DNA of 64,000 nucleotides, taken from positions 5,069 through 69,068 of the forward strand of contig JAUCBJ010001883.1 in assembly GCA_032718475.1 (NCBI GenBank), in the 5' to 3' direction. The notes beneath the pieces are model-generated. The model saw only the letters and a list, made by a program, of their open reading frames with translations, was not told where the DNA came from and did no database searches. Positions 1 through 11,454 of the stretch are shown here, one piece after another (the first letter of the stretch is position 1; each line of letters begins with the position of its first letter). Position numbers and translations under genes: made by a program. The DNA is from Nemertoderma westbladi. Lineage: Eukaryota > Animalia > Xenacoelomorpha.

Positions 1-208
1 AGAATGGAAATATTTATCAAAATTGATAGCTTGCACATCTTCTATAATATTTATTTAAAAAAATAGCAAAAAATAGCTAGTATAATAAATTCCTGTTAAA
101 GGGGCACCCAAGGTGTATTAATGCCACATACTTGCACTTGCACTATTGAAACCCATGCACTGCAATATTGTCCCATAATTCAAAATAAAATGCTCACGCA
201 AAATGCAA

Positions 209-590
209 TATTTTTACTATCGATATTTTTACTATCGACATTTTTACTCTCGATATTTTTCAACACTTGAAATTTTTCAACACTCGATTTTTTTACTCTC
301 GATATTTTTACTCTTGATATTTATTTTTACTCTCGATATTTTTACTCTCGATATTTTTACTCTCGATATTTTTACTCTCGATATTTTTACTCTCGATATT
401 TTTACTCTCGATATTTTTACTCTCGATATTTTTCAACACTCGAGATTTTTACACTCGATATTTTTACTCTCGATATTTTTACTTTCGATATTTTTACTCT
501 CGATATTTTTACTCTCGATAATATCGTTACTTTTTCAACCCTCGATATTTTTAGTCGCGTTATTTTTCAAGTCTCGATATTTTTCACCAT
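209..590. repeat. 15-bp minisatellite (TTTTTACTCTCGATA)n
   Basis: Unit repeats directly in the sequence; it explains the TLDIF-repeat ORF 203-802. Confidence 0.9.
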
Positions 591-937
591 TACCGATTTT
601 TTTAAGGGTAATTTTGCGAAATACTGTGCGGAAGTGTCAATGTTCAGTCCCCCCCCCCCCCCCCCCCCTCCCCCGGTGGGCGCATGATCCTGTCATCAAA
701 AATGAAAAATGGTTGAGCGGGTATATGAACAAACCAAATTATGTTTTTAGGTGTGTTTTGTATGATTTTGGGTGTATTTTGAACACATTGTGTTATCAGT
801 AGGCCAACTTCATTGAAAGAATAATCTATATATGTGCTAGCCTAATAAATAGGTATAGGATAGCCTAAATAATTTCTAGAAAAATAAATCAACAATATTT
901 TACATCTCATTTGGCAACTTTTTGAAGATACAGTATA

Positions 938-1809
938 CACCATGTCCCAGAATATAGTGTCGTAATTCAGTGACACGCCCCCCCCCCCCCCCTAATTTTT
1001 TTACAAATCGTAATGAGATTGCATGAAATTTGAAACAGAGATAGTTTCACCTCCCGACCACTGACTGGGTGAGCCAGAATTTTTATTTTTGCTTTCAATC
1101 TTTAGCTACAAGCGTTTAAAAAAAGTGTCTCCAGCGATATTACACCAGTTACACCGCAGTTATTATTCAACCTTAAAGCTAGTTGGTACCAATGGAAAGC
1201 TGGCCGCATGCAAGGATTCCAAATATGTAACACAATATGAATTTCGTTGAAAAATAGCAGAGATATGGGCGTTCAAATGTTGCATGGTTATGCACCTGCG
1301 CGAGGCTATTATATTCTATTTAATAAATACATCATAATCTGTAATATTTTGTTTATCCAAATACTGGGCAACAATGCATTACATCTTTAATCCTACTATT
1401 ACGTAGCTATTCACACATTTAAAAAATGTTCCAGAATATGGTATATTTATTAAATAGAATAAAATAGCCTCGCGTCGTTGCAAAACCATGCAACGAAATT
1501 CAAATTGTGTTACATATTTGGAATCCTTGCATGGCCAGCTTTCCATTGGCACCAACAAACAACCATAAGGTAGAAGAACAAATGCGGTGTAACTGGTGTG
1601 ATATCGCTGGAGACACTTTTTTTAAACGCTTGTAGCTAAAGATTGAAAGCAAAAATAAAAATTCTGGCTCACCCAGTCAGTGGTCCGGAGGTGAAACTAT
1701 CTCTGTTTCAAATTTCATGCAATCTCATTACGATTTGTAGAAAATTAGGGGGGGGGGGGGGGGGGGGGGCGTGTCACTGAATTACGACACTATATTCTGG
1801 GACATGGTG
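938..1809. mobile_element. Tc1/mariner-type foldback MITE with ~390-bp inverted arms
   Basis: TA|CACCATGTCCCAGAATATAG at the left end and CTATATTCTGGGACATGGTG|TA at the right; TA target duplication; arms ~938-1331 and ~1440-1809. Confidence 0.85.
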
Positions 1810-2081
1810 TATTGTACGTATTACAAACGAATGATGTGGCAACACAACCTTGTTGTTTAAAAATTATCAAGTAAGTTAATGAGTTACCTGTAATTATTTA
1901 TAATAATATCATACACATCACTACTGATAGGTGTCTCTATCTAACATTCAGGTTACCGTTATTATCAATTAAAACCTGTTACTTTATTTGTTGAGTAATA
2001 CAATTACTGACTGATTAGGCCACAATTAAAATATATTTAACAAGTTAATTGTATGTAATATTATTGTCCACATATGTTGAT

Positions 2082-2285
2082 CTATTTCCTTAGAGCCCTT
2101 ACTATGCGTTTTAGTAAGTGCTTCGGGTGGTAGGATCTTTTTCCCAAGTAGCACATTAAGTGTGGATCCTCTGGGCAAAGAAGCTCTCTTTTAATTGCGT
2201 TCATAAATTTGGAATCGGAATAATTGTCAATAGTATCACGAGCGAGGTATCCCTGGAAATCTGTGAAATCATTTGGGTTCTCATT
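2082..2285 (-). CDS. Putative terminal coding exon of a secreted peptide (neuropeptide/toxin-like) precursor
   Basis: Acceptor TTTTTTCAG ending at 2286. Phase-0 translation NENPNDFTDFQGYLARDTIDNYSDSKFMNAIKR-ELLCPEDPHLMCYL-GKR-SYHPKHLL-KR-IVRALRK*. AATAAA on the minus strand at 1988-1983. Confidence 0.65.
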   Translation of the reverse strand, partial: NENPNDFTDFQGYLARDTIDNYSDSKFMNAIKRELLCPEDPHLMCYLGKRSYHPKHLLKRIVRALRK

Positions 2286-2409
2286 CTGAAAAAAGATACA
2301 AAAAATACATTAGGTACTACAACAAAGTATTGTTGTACTACAGTAAAGAAAAGTACCGCCTTTCCAACCGTTCGGCTAGGAATTACTAGTTTTTCGCTAT
2401 GAGTATAAC

Positions 2410-2459
2410 CAAGGACTTCTAGAACATAGTATATATATACTATGTTCTAGAAGTCCTTG
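2410..2459. mobile_element. 50-bp perfect-palindrome micro-MITE, P-element-like
   Basis: CAAGG...CCTTG with 25-bp perfect arms, flanked by the 7-bp direct repeat GTATAAC (2403-2409, 2460-2466). Confidence 0.7.
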
Positions 2460-3799
2460 GTATAACACCGTCAAATAGGATTTATAAAGATAAATAGGAA
2501 TATCTGTAGCTGCACATAATTTCGCAGCACCAGGAATAGTGAAACTACAGAAAAACTAAACAAGCACAACCGGACCGACAACAGCAATACAGTAGGTACG
2601 TACACAGTGCAGTATCGGCCTACAGCCCGACTCCATAGTTACCAAAATCAAATTCCTATTAAAGTACAGCTCTGAAAATTAAATATAAATGTCATAGGTC
2701 CACTAAATAAACCAACATAAAAACTAACTACTATAAATTAAAGCAAATTTAAGTCGCCATCCATTTTCATATTGTCTATTATACTGGCTGTTCAATGTGG
2801 ATTTTTCCACCTAATGAGGTATTTCTCACGAACTTTTCTGTACGCGTTATGTATTAACGATCCGAAAAGGTCCCTTGCGATTCTTGCACCCCGGGTGTTT
2901 TTCAAATGTTCACAAATTGCCACCTTAAGGTTACCGTTCGTGCCTCATTATGCGATCCATAATCCGTCCAACATTCTCCCCTATGTAGTTTTCCCTGACG
3001 TCTACTGTATGTGCTTACTTACGTTGCAAAGTATCTCGTACACCACGTTGTGTACTGTAGGCTACAGTTCCTAACGCCATGCAGAAAACAGTAACTTTCT
3101 ATGCTTGGGAGGGAAGGGCACATGTATGTCTTTTTAGTAAAGGCTGGGCCTAACTAAATGTCTTTCACTTTCTCACCAGCGGTCGTCTCCAGTCGTATGT
3201 ATTGTATAGTCTCAGTGAACCACGTATATTGTCAAGGATACGGCTTCGTAGACATTCGTCCACATATGAAATAAGCAAAGGAACAGGGGAGGGTCTAGTA
3301 ATAATGTGTTCGTGTGTCTGGGTGTACCTGCAGGGGTGCCGGGTCATACGTAATAGGAAGTAAGATTGAGTTAGACAATGATTCTGGTACATTTTTATAT
3401 GCTGCATCCGCCAGTCGCGACGGCTAAAGCATACCATTAATATTTATGAAAATATTTACGTTTAAAAGATACTCCCTTTCAGCATTGAGAATCAAAAAGG
3501 AGTAAGTGTGTAAGATACTGCATTATTTTTACCATTCACTGAGATCAAACCAATATTGGCGGGTATTATGAAATGTGGATGGGTGTCAGTCAGTCACTAC
3601 AGTCAGGCAGCAGGGTAATGAAATTTAATTATTATCAGTTTGTGGTATGCAGTATCAATTCTCAATGAATATTTTGGTGTACTTTAAGTCATATTCACTC
3701 GTACTGTCCAGCAGTGTACCTAATACCTAATACTAATACTAGGGGAGTTATCCCTTAGCCATAACAGACGGCGAATGAGGAGAAATCATTGAGGAGAAT

Positions 3800-3920
3800 G
3801 ACGAACTGTTATTTTCCAATTGTTTTAATTTGTGGCTCTTAAATTGCGAATTAATGTACAGTACATTAATTCGCAATTTAAGAGCCACAAATTAAAACAA
3901 TCGGAAAATAACAGTTCGTC
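3800..3920. repeat. 121-bp near-perfect palindrome
   Basis: 60-bp arms centred on 3860 with one mismatch. Confidence 0.9.
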
Positions 3921-6424
3921 GGCTTGTGTTTAAGTCACGAATGGAAAAATTAAACAGCTGGGAAATAACGGTTTAGTGGGGGTTTAAATTTATTTATTAA
4001 AAAGGCTTCAGTATGAATTCTTTCAGCATGGGATCTGAAAGACGTATAAACTGCCGCCTTTAACAATCCGTCGCAATCTAGAAAATGCTCCCCTAATAAA
4101 TATTCGCCGTCTCTTATACCATAATACCGGTTGCAGGTACACCATAATTTTGCATAACGCCGCCACTAGGCCTATCCAATGCGAATCAAGCAGGCACAAA
4201 TTTGCAAGTAGGAGTAGATAAACTATTAACGCATGCATTAACATTTTCGCATGCAAACCAAGTGAATTTTTTTTAAGCACAGTAGGCTAATACAGACCCT
4301 TTTTGTAATTATAGAATTTGCTAAATGCACGTAAGTTAAGTTGGGCGCCAAGGGCAAGGCACGCCATTCCCGCAAAGTGTGCAGGAGAAGCCCGCTAAGG
4401 CGGCGCAAGACCCCCAAAGGCCACAAAATTCCATATCGGTACCGGTTCACAGTCACTATACAGTACATACTGTATGATATACACAGTAGGAATACCATAG
4501 GCCTGAATTAATATAGGCCTGGGGCAAGTTAGGATATCACTGGTAAAGCTTGTGTGACCATTTTTGCAAATTGTTCTTTTTGAATTTTTGTTGTTTATTT
4601 ATTGGTGAATGTTGTAGAACCTTAGTAGATATTTTCTAATGGTAGCTAGTGTTTTTTATTCGCTAGTATTTTTTGAAAATGTAAACAAAATTAATATACA
4701 CTGTAAACTGCTATAATATCCTCAATATGTTTTGTCATTTTATATTCTGCAACAGTTTAAACCTGAAATATCAATGTTTTCACATTTTTATATAATTTCA
4801 AAAAATACAAGGTAGTAAAAAAAACATTAGCTACCATAAAAAACATATCTACTAATGTTCTAGAACACTTACCAATAACAAAAATTAAAATTCACGTATT
4901 TTTAAAATTTACAAAATGGTTACACATATATGAAGAGACAATAACAAATACACGAATCCTGCAATATCATACTATAGAGTCTGTGAATCAAAGCATAAAT
5001 CCGACCTTCTCACCAAAACAGTAAACTCCAAGTAGGCAAACCTATTGCAGTATCGGTCTCTTATAACCGGTGAGGCAGAAAACAGTCTACGAACGGACAA
5101 ACTTCGATAAAACAAAATCCCGCGCAGCGAATCCTAAAATCGGGCTGACTCACTGACGGACTAAAGGCGCTCGTATACTTTGCCGCGGTGTGATTTATAT
5201 GATGAAAAAGACGCTAGCTACAAATATAACCAGCGGGAAAATCCGCAGTGTGAACAAATTATTTTATATATTTTGAGGTGCAAATAATTCCTAAACGCGC
5301 GTGTGTTTTAATTCATAGGTCAAAATTGATTTTTATCCTTCATATACTCTCATTTACTGGGTCCGGCGTTTATTTTACAAATATTCTAATATTTTGGTAA
5401 CTTGTAGGTCCAATACTTACAAATAATAAGGCTCCTTCCCCTTTCATGTATTTCCAGGACTCAAATTCAGGCATAGGGTTAATGCTACGCCCAGAATTCG
5501 GCAATTTAATTTACCAGGTCCCTAATACTAAGAAGAAATGTGTTAGTTTACTACTGTAGGCGTACGGTTACAAATAGCTATCCTGGCTCTTATCTGGAAT
5601 TTTAGTCACCTAGGTAGGCTGGGTAACTTCCTATCAGGACGTTGGCGGGGACACGGTAGGTGTTAGTATCCCTAAATAGCCTTAATTTATTTGTGCCTAG
5701 TTGTAAACTGCCCTACCGCCTGAACGGTATAATCTCAATTCAGGGAAAACACAGCAATCCTCTCCTGGCCTACAAGTTCCAACGCAAGCAATAAACACCG
5801 TGTACTGCCGACAAGCCACCAACGCACCTATACCTGACAATGAGTTAGGCGTACAGTTTTGCTGCACCCTACCAATGTACATGCCGGGTAATGGTGTGCC
5901 TGTGTCCTATCTGCGTACGGGTATCTCTGTCTAACTTTCCTTTTCTCCCCGTAGGAATATGAAGGGGTTCTGCGGGTTTTCCAAGAATTGGGACAATACA
6001 GTTCTTAATTTAAATTTTGGCGTACAGTGTGTCGCTACTCCTACCGTCGATCTTAGGTCTTACACTTAGGTAGCGAAGCATCGAACACTGTCTAACCTTC
6101 AGGCGATGGGCGAATAACTCGAATAGATATTGTGGGCGGTCTCCTGTTCATATTCCCCGATGTTCCCGTTCACTGCTGCAGCCCGATGTCTAGCCGGCCA
6201 TCCTGTTCTTTAGGGGCGTTCACCGTGGTGAAACATAGTAAAACAGATAGGAAAAAGGCAGATATAACAAGTATTTTTAACTTTTATTACAAAAGGATAT
6301 ACATAAACGTAACAAGAAACTAATAGATAACTAATAAAGATAATCTAAAGCACGAATGATTGAGATAACTAATGATAGATAGAAGTATACGATTGAGATT
6401 GATAACTAATGATCGAAATCGCAC

Positions 6425-6571
6425 CTTTTATAGCAAATTTGTCCTGCAATCAATCGAGAAAATTCTCGATTGTTCTATGAGTTCTAATAGGTTTTTAAAG
6501 ATAACTATTGGTCCAGCGAATATATAACTTGCACGACATTGGTTATAATCTAATAACTACAGTCCCATTGG
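6425..6571 (-). promoter_or_regulatory. LTR U3 Pol II promoter: three CCAAT boxes and a TATA box
   Basis: Minus-strand CCAAT at 6571-6567, 6542-6538 and 6511-6507 (~30-bp spacing), then TATAAAAG at 6432-6425. Confidence 0.7.
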
Positions 6572-6650
6572 TTAATCTAGGTACAGACAAATGCAATTTA
6601 AATTGTAGCGGTCAATTTAAATGAGTTGAAATTCTGTACAAAAAATAATT

Positions 6651-6724
6651 CGCACCTACAAGGATTCGAACTCAATACCTACTACATATAATTTCCAACG
6701 CTCTACCGACTGAGCTGCTGAACC
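6651..6724 (-). ncRNA. tRNA-derived Pol III-type cassette in LTR U3 (not a functional tRNA)
   Basis: D-arm/A-box GCTC-AGTCGGTA-GAGC, B-box GAGTTCGAATCC, T6 run at 6645-6640. Acceptor and T stems do not pair. Confidence 0.65.
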
Positions 6725-7701
6725 ACTTGAATAATCATCGTACAAATAGATATAGTAAATACAAATGAGGACTCAATGTAATCTTTTAGCAAAGTTAATT
6801 CGAATAAAATAAAATTTTGAAAATCCACGGCATTTATGAGAATATAATTCTATACCGCTCCATGAAAACAGGATATTATCGTGCATAAAATATACGGTTT
6901 TCACCAATACTAAATCAAATTATAGAATACTTAGGACGTACTTACATATTTACAAATTAAATCTCAACAATAATACCTTTACATAATAATTCGATACAAA
7001 ATAATTACAAATTCAAACTTTACGTATTTAAGGCTTTATTAAGTAAGTACAATATAAATCTAAATTAAATTCACCAAAATAAATCTATTGCATCTCAAAT
7101 ATTGCATAAATTCAAACAATCACAAATACTAATACTACTTAAATATAAAACAAATTGCATAAGTTCGGAATAATTTCAAATAATCACAAGAAAGGCTCAC
7201 AAGTCTTCCGTCTGCTCTTGCCTTCTATTTACTGCGAATACAAGTACTGCTTCTTTATAAAATATAAATTGCATAATATTCGAAACAATAAATTGCGTAA
7301 GTTTGGAATGACTACAAATATAGCACTTTTTAAATATAAATCTTTCTAAATTGCATAAGTTTAGAATAATACTGCATAAATTTAGAACAATATAAACTCC
7401 TTTTACATCTCAAATATGAAATATAAATCTTTCAAATATAAATCTTTCAAATATAAGTTCCTTCTAAATATAAAACTTTCTAAATTTCAAATTGGAACAA
7501 TACAAATACATAAATTTAGAACAATATAAATTGCATAAACTTAGAATAATATAAATTGCATAAACTTAGAGCAATACAAATTTTAAACAATACAAATTAC
7601 CTAAACAATTCAATTTACATAAACAATACATAAAACAAACATAAAATAAACAATTCACAAGAAAGGCTCACGAGTCTTCCGTCCACTCCTTCCTTCCCGC
7701 T

Positions 7702-10700
7702 TTAACGCTTAGCGGATCGAGCCCTGCCGTGTCCTCGAAAACTGCGTATCGGCGATTTAGCTCGTGATATGGGACTTGTGGGGCGAGCCACTGGTTTACT
7801 TTGGACGTTGAGAGACGGTACGACCGTTTCCTCACATATTCGTCTCTTAGTCATCCCAAATCCTCGTCCAATCCCTCGTGACCGATCTGTTGTATCTACC
7901 GCTGGTAAAACGTCTGGGAACGCACGGAAAGCGGACGACGCAGACCCAATAGAAGCTTGCGCCCCCTTTTGATCAGCTGGTATATGTCCCGATCCTCCTT
8001 GCAGTTCTCTGGGAAGCGAAACCGTATCCCGAGTAATTCGAATAGTCGGTTCGTATCCCCTTCGTTCTTCAACGTTGATAGTTTTCTTTAACTGTTGGCC
8101 CACTTTCTGGACCCGTATGATCCTACCCTGTCCGTCCTCCCGAGGGTGACGTGCAGACGGCGCGACCGGTGTAGCTGGTATGTTGGTCGCCTCTAGGACC
8201 TCCTCTTCCTCGAATACGCTCGCTCGTATACGTTTATGGTAGAACGCGGCTCGGTACGCCCATGCGACGGTTAACCAAGCTCCCTTGTTCCGCTTTTCCG
8301 TTCGGAACTGATCAAATTCACCATAGGTGATACGATTGACTACTTTCTGGAAGTTCCATGTATTCTTATTGTCAGGGTGTATCTGTAACAAATATTCGCG
8401 CACAACTCGGAATCCGCTATCGTGAGGCAAAATATCAACTACCTCGATGAGTTTGTCATATTGCGGCATAGCAGAGATATATCCTTCCGACATCATAGTT
8501 TGAGGATTTACCGCCCAAAATCCAAGATGCGCTCTCATCGGGAACCGTCGGCTTCTTTGCGCTGCTACATGTTCGTCAGCCAAATCTTCCCACTCATCAA
8601 ATAGTTTTCGCACGAGTTTTACAGATTCGTGTTTGTAAGGTATGTCTCTTAGTTGGCATTCAGATGCTCGATGTCCCTTTATATTGCAGTAGGTACATTG
8701 AGCCATAAATCTCCAGCAAGTATAAAATGTATGGGACCCTTGATCTCCACACCATCCACAGATTAGTTGAGTTGTAGTAATGTGCTTTCCACTGCACTTT
8801 GTCGAATGATGTCCAGCGACGCCATATTTACCACACATCGTATTAGCAGGGTACCACACTCGCTCATATATAAGATCGCCAATGGGTCGAGCGCTTCCTC
8901 CCACACTATAATCATAATCGTCTGGATCGATAGGTTGGTATGTTTCAGAAGGTTGTATGCAAACTACAGCATCTGTTGCTTCTAATTGTCGAATCTCCGT
9001 CTGAGATTTCTTCGGGAGGTTCCTTTCAATCTCAAGAAGTTCCTCTAAAGGATCATCGATGGCTGTCCTTACTTCGAAATCATCACCTAAGTGACCGATA
9101 GGCGCACGCGTCTGCCGTGATTCGTCCGTAAGCTCCACGATACGTTCTCCTTCATAGGGTAACAATATAAACATAGATGGTCTTTCGATAAGAGATCCCG
9201 CACAGCGAAGATACACGTCTCGAAATATACTGAATCCTGCTCGAGTGAAGGCATTACACTGAGCGTCGGAATTATAGAAGGGTTCGAGAAACCGTCTAAA
9301 CACATCGGTATGAATTCTCCCTTCCGCGTGGAATGTATGATCTTCTCCGAGGCAAAGTGGATATCTTTTAAGAGTCCGAGACACAATGTCGGCGACTAAG
9401 CAAACATTCACTGATGACTCTATCGCTAAATAATATTGTAGTAACGCTCTTGGAGGTGAAGTAATAGCCCAATATACGCATCCTCTCCATTTGAGCTGTG
9501 ATTCAAACTCATTTATATCTGGAGTATCACCTTCTCCATACGTTTCGATATACTTTGTTCTTTTACTTTCCTTATAATCCCAATTAAACATCAAGTAGGA
9601 AATATATCCAGTTCCGGTTTTCTGAGTATCATACTCACGGAAGTATCCTTGTTCTATAGACCACAGTATAAGAGGTCGAGTGTCGATGTAAGGTGTCGGT
9701 AATCGGTCGTCACTGTCCGACATGCCGGCGAAGTCACTAATTAAGTCCTCTCTTACTCCTGATCCAATCTTTACAACAGTTTTATCTAAAATCATATTTC
9801 TCACCGTCTTTGGTAACATTCTAGCATCGATATTGCAAGCCTGGTCCATTTTCTTTACTATATTTGTGATGAACTGGTGCTGCTTTGTAGTTCCTGGAGG
9901 TATCGGCATTCGCTTGTCGCTCCTTTGTCTACTGAAAACGGGCAAAACTCCGTCTGCCGCTCTAATTTGTATAGTCTTGGAGGTTAGACTCTGCTGATGG
10001 CTGCCGCCCTCGTTATCATAAAACATGTAACCGTTTTCCTGAAACGATCTAAACGTCCTATTCCATTTGTCCAATAATTCTTCCGAAGGTTGCCAAATCT
10101 TCTCTATATCTTTCTCGTCCTCGAAACGAATGACTTTACCTTGCCAGTCCGCAGCGATATCTGTATCCGACTCAAAGGTTCCTGTTCCAATCCATAAGCG
10201 AATTGTTTTGGTTAAATATCCTTTCAGGTTACTCGGAGCTATATCAGCGCCAGCTCTATCCAGTTCCCTAAAGTCTTGAATATGAGTCGGAACATTATGC
10301 ACGACCTTTTGCGTAATATGTCTACGTAAATCATATATCTTAACCATATCGCTTAGAACAACTGCAGGAAGAAACTCTAAGTTCGAAATGATTTCCGGAT
10401 GATCCACAATAGGTATTTCATACGTTGTATCTTGTCGAACTGGTATACTAATAGGGAAATTGAGTGTCGTACTCAATGGTTTCGTAGTTGAAGTACTATA
10501 CGGTTGCATTTCTCTTGTCCTTTCCGGGGATGCAATCTGTAGTCTCTGAATAACGTTTTGAGCAAAGTTTATACTCTCGAAAACTTCCGGTGTCATCTCC
10601 TTAGCTGAAGTTTGATCGTGTGACGTCCAATGGTAAGGTAGGCTCGCGAGTCTTCCGCCCCATTCTTCCATCTCACCTTTCTCGAAAGCCTTGTAGGCTC

Positions 10701-11427
10701 TGTATAGGCTAAGAGCTTCTTTCTTTTCGCGGGTTGACTGAGTCGCCTCGTCCAGCGTAAGTTCGAATACATCGGGTTCAACAACCTTAGGTGGGTAAAC
10801 GACAATTTCTCCCGCCTTTGGTCCAGTCATGGCGAATGAATGATATGGATTCGATAAAGGATACCCTCCTTCCTGGTAGCGTAGTTGTTGATGGTTCGAA
10901 CACCTCGCCAATATCGGTTCGGGATTTTCCTTATTCAAACGCATCGGAATCGCATTTCGTTGTTCGCGCATACAAGATCCGCATTGATAATAAAGTTTAT
11001 AAACTGAAAATGCTTCCTTAGTTTCTCTATCGTCCCCTCGAGTTCGTCTGTAAAGAAGCATTCCATCAAATTCATCTCGTACCGCAGGCATAGTTTCGTG
11101 CGCCTTCAGGTATTGCATGGTATGATACAAACGACTAATTTCAGTATCGGGGTCTTCGCTAATGTCTCCCGTATCACACAAAGCGTCGTACGGGTAAAGT
11201 TCATTGAAGGTTTTGCGCAAACTTTCGATTCTTTCATTTAACGCGTTTTGCCTTCTCTTTATTACATTCGAGTCATATTTCGTTCTCACGAGTTTCGCTG
11301 TACTTTCTGATAAATCCTTTATTCCAAATATAGTGTAATCCTTAGCTCCAAATCGTTCGAATGGCGCTGCTTCTTCCTCTTGGATATCATATCCCCATCT
11401 CGGCTCTCCTTGTATCCCCTTCGCCAT
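7702..11427 (-). CDS. BEL accessory ORF3 (1241 aa): DEDDy 3'-5' exonuclease (WRN/Mut-7/RNase D-like) plus CCHC zinc knuckles
   Basis: ExoI MFYDNEG (D471, E473); ExoII LPKTVRNMILDKTVVKIGSGVREDL (D561); YIDT; ExoIII-like W...LLQYYLAIE (Y666, E670). Knuckles CGWCGDQGSHTFYTC and CTYCNIKGHRASEC. No signal peptide or TM segment seen. Confidence 0.8.
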   Translation of the reverse strand: MAKGIQGEPRWGYDIQEEEAAPFERFGAKDYTIFGIKDLSESTAKLVRTKYDSNVIKRRQNALNERIESLRKTFNELYPYDALCDTGDISEDPDTEISRLYHTMQYLKAHETMPAVRDEFDGMLLYRRTRGDDRETKEAFSVYKLYYQCGSCMREQRNAIPMRLNKENPEPILARCSNHQQLRYQEGGYPLSNPYHSFAMTGPKAGEIVVYPPKVVEPDVFELTLDEATQSTREKKEALSLYRAYKAFEKGEMEEWGGRLASLPYHWTSHDQTSAKEMTPEVFESINFAQNVIQRLQIASPERTREMQPYSTSTTKPLSTTLNFPISIPVRQDTTYEIPIVDHPEIISNLEFLPAVVLSDMVKIYDLRRHITQKVVHNVPTHIQDFRELDRAGADIAPSNLKGYLTKTIRLWIGTGTFESDTDIAADWQGKVIRFEDEKDIEKIWQPSEELLDKWNRTFRSFQENGYMFYDNEGGSHQQSLTSKTIQIRAADGVLPVFSRQRSDKRMPIPPGTTKQHQFITNIVKKMDQACNIDARMLPKTVRNMILDKTVVKIGSGVREDLISDFAGMSDSDDRLPTPYIDTRPLILWSIEQGYFREYDTQKTGTGYISYLMFNWDYKESKRTKYIETYGEGDTPDINEFESQLKWRGCVYWAITSPPRALLQYYLAIESSVNVCLVADIVSRTLKRYPLCLGEDHTFHAEGRIHTDVFRRFLEPFYNSDAQCNAFTRAGFSIFRDVYLRCAGSLIERPSMFILLPYEGERIVELTDESRQTRAPIGHLGDDFEVRTAIDDPLEELLEIERNLPKKSQTEIRQLEATDAVVCIQPSETYQPIDPDDYDYSVGGSARPIGDLIYERVWYPANTMCGKYGVAGHHSTKCSGKHITTTQLICGWCGDQGSHTFYTCWRFMAQCTYCNIKGHRASECQLRDIPYKHESVKLVRKLFDEWEDLADEHVAAQRSRRFPMRAHLGFWAVNPQTMMSEGYISAMPQYDKLIEVVDILPHDSGFRVVREYLLQIHPDNKNTWNFQKVVNRITYGEFDQFRTEKRNKGAWLTVAWAYRAAFYHKRIRASVFEEEEVLEATNIPATPVAPSARHPREDGQGRIIRVQKVGQQLKKTINVEERRGYEPTIRITRDTVSLPRELQGGSGHIPADQKGAQASIGSASSAFRAFPDVLPAVDTTDRSRGIGRGFGMTKRRICEETVVPSLNVQSKPVARPTSPISRAKSPIRSFRGHGRARSAKR

Positions 11428-11454
11428 TATTAGAGGTATGGTTACATAATCATA

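Larger units (their letters stand above)
4927..6854 (-). repeat. 3' LTR of the BEL element (1928 bp)
   Basis: Matches 21719-23290 apart from about a dozen substitutions, one 1-bp indel and an extra 355-bp segment (6175-6529). Confidence 0.95.

Noticed and set aside
203-802. 199-aa hydrophobic ORF
   Set aside because: Translation of a 15-bp minisatellite and a poly-C run.
5880-5950. HDV-like ribozyme generating the primer 3' end
   Set aside because: I could not build the nested pseudoknot by eye, and such cleavage would leave a cyclic phosphate rather than a 3'-OH.
6651-6724. Functional tRNA gene, or a tRNA primer encoded by the element
   Set aside because: Acceptor, anticodon and T stems do not pair, and its 3' end is not complementary to the PBS.
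7702-11427. ORF3 as an envelope glycoprotein
   Set aside because: No signal peptide or transmembrane helix seen; nuclease and zinc-knuckle motifs instead.
7702-11427. ORF3 domesticated because it is intact while gag-pol is broken
   Set aside because: Four lesions in 8.8 kb predict about 1.7 in 3.7 kb, so seeing none is not significant; the element is young.
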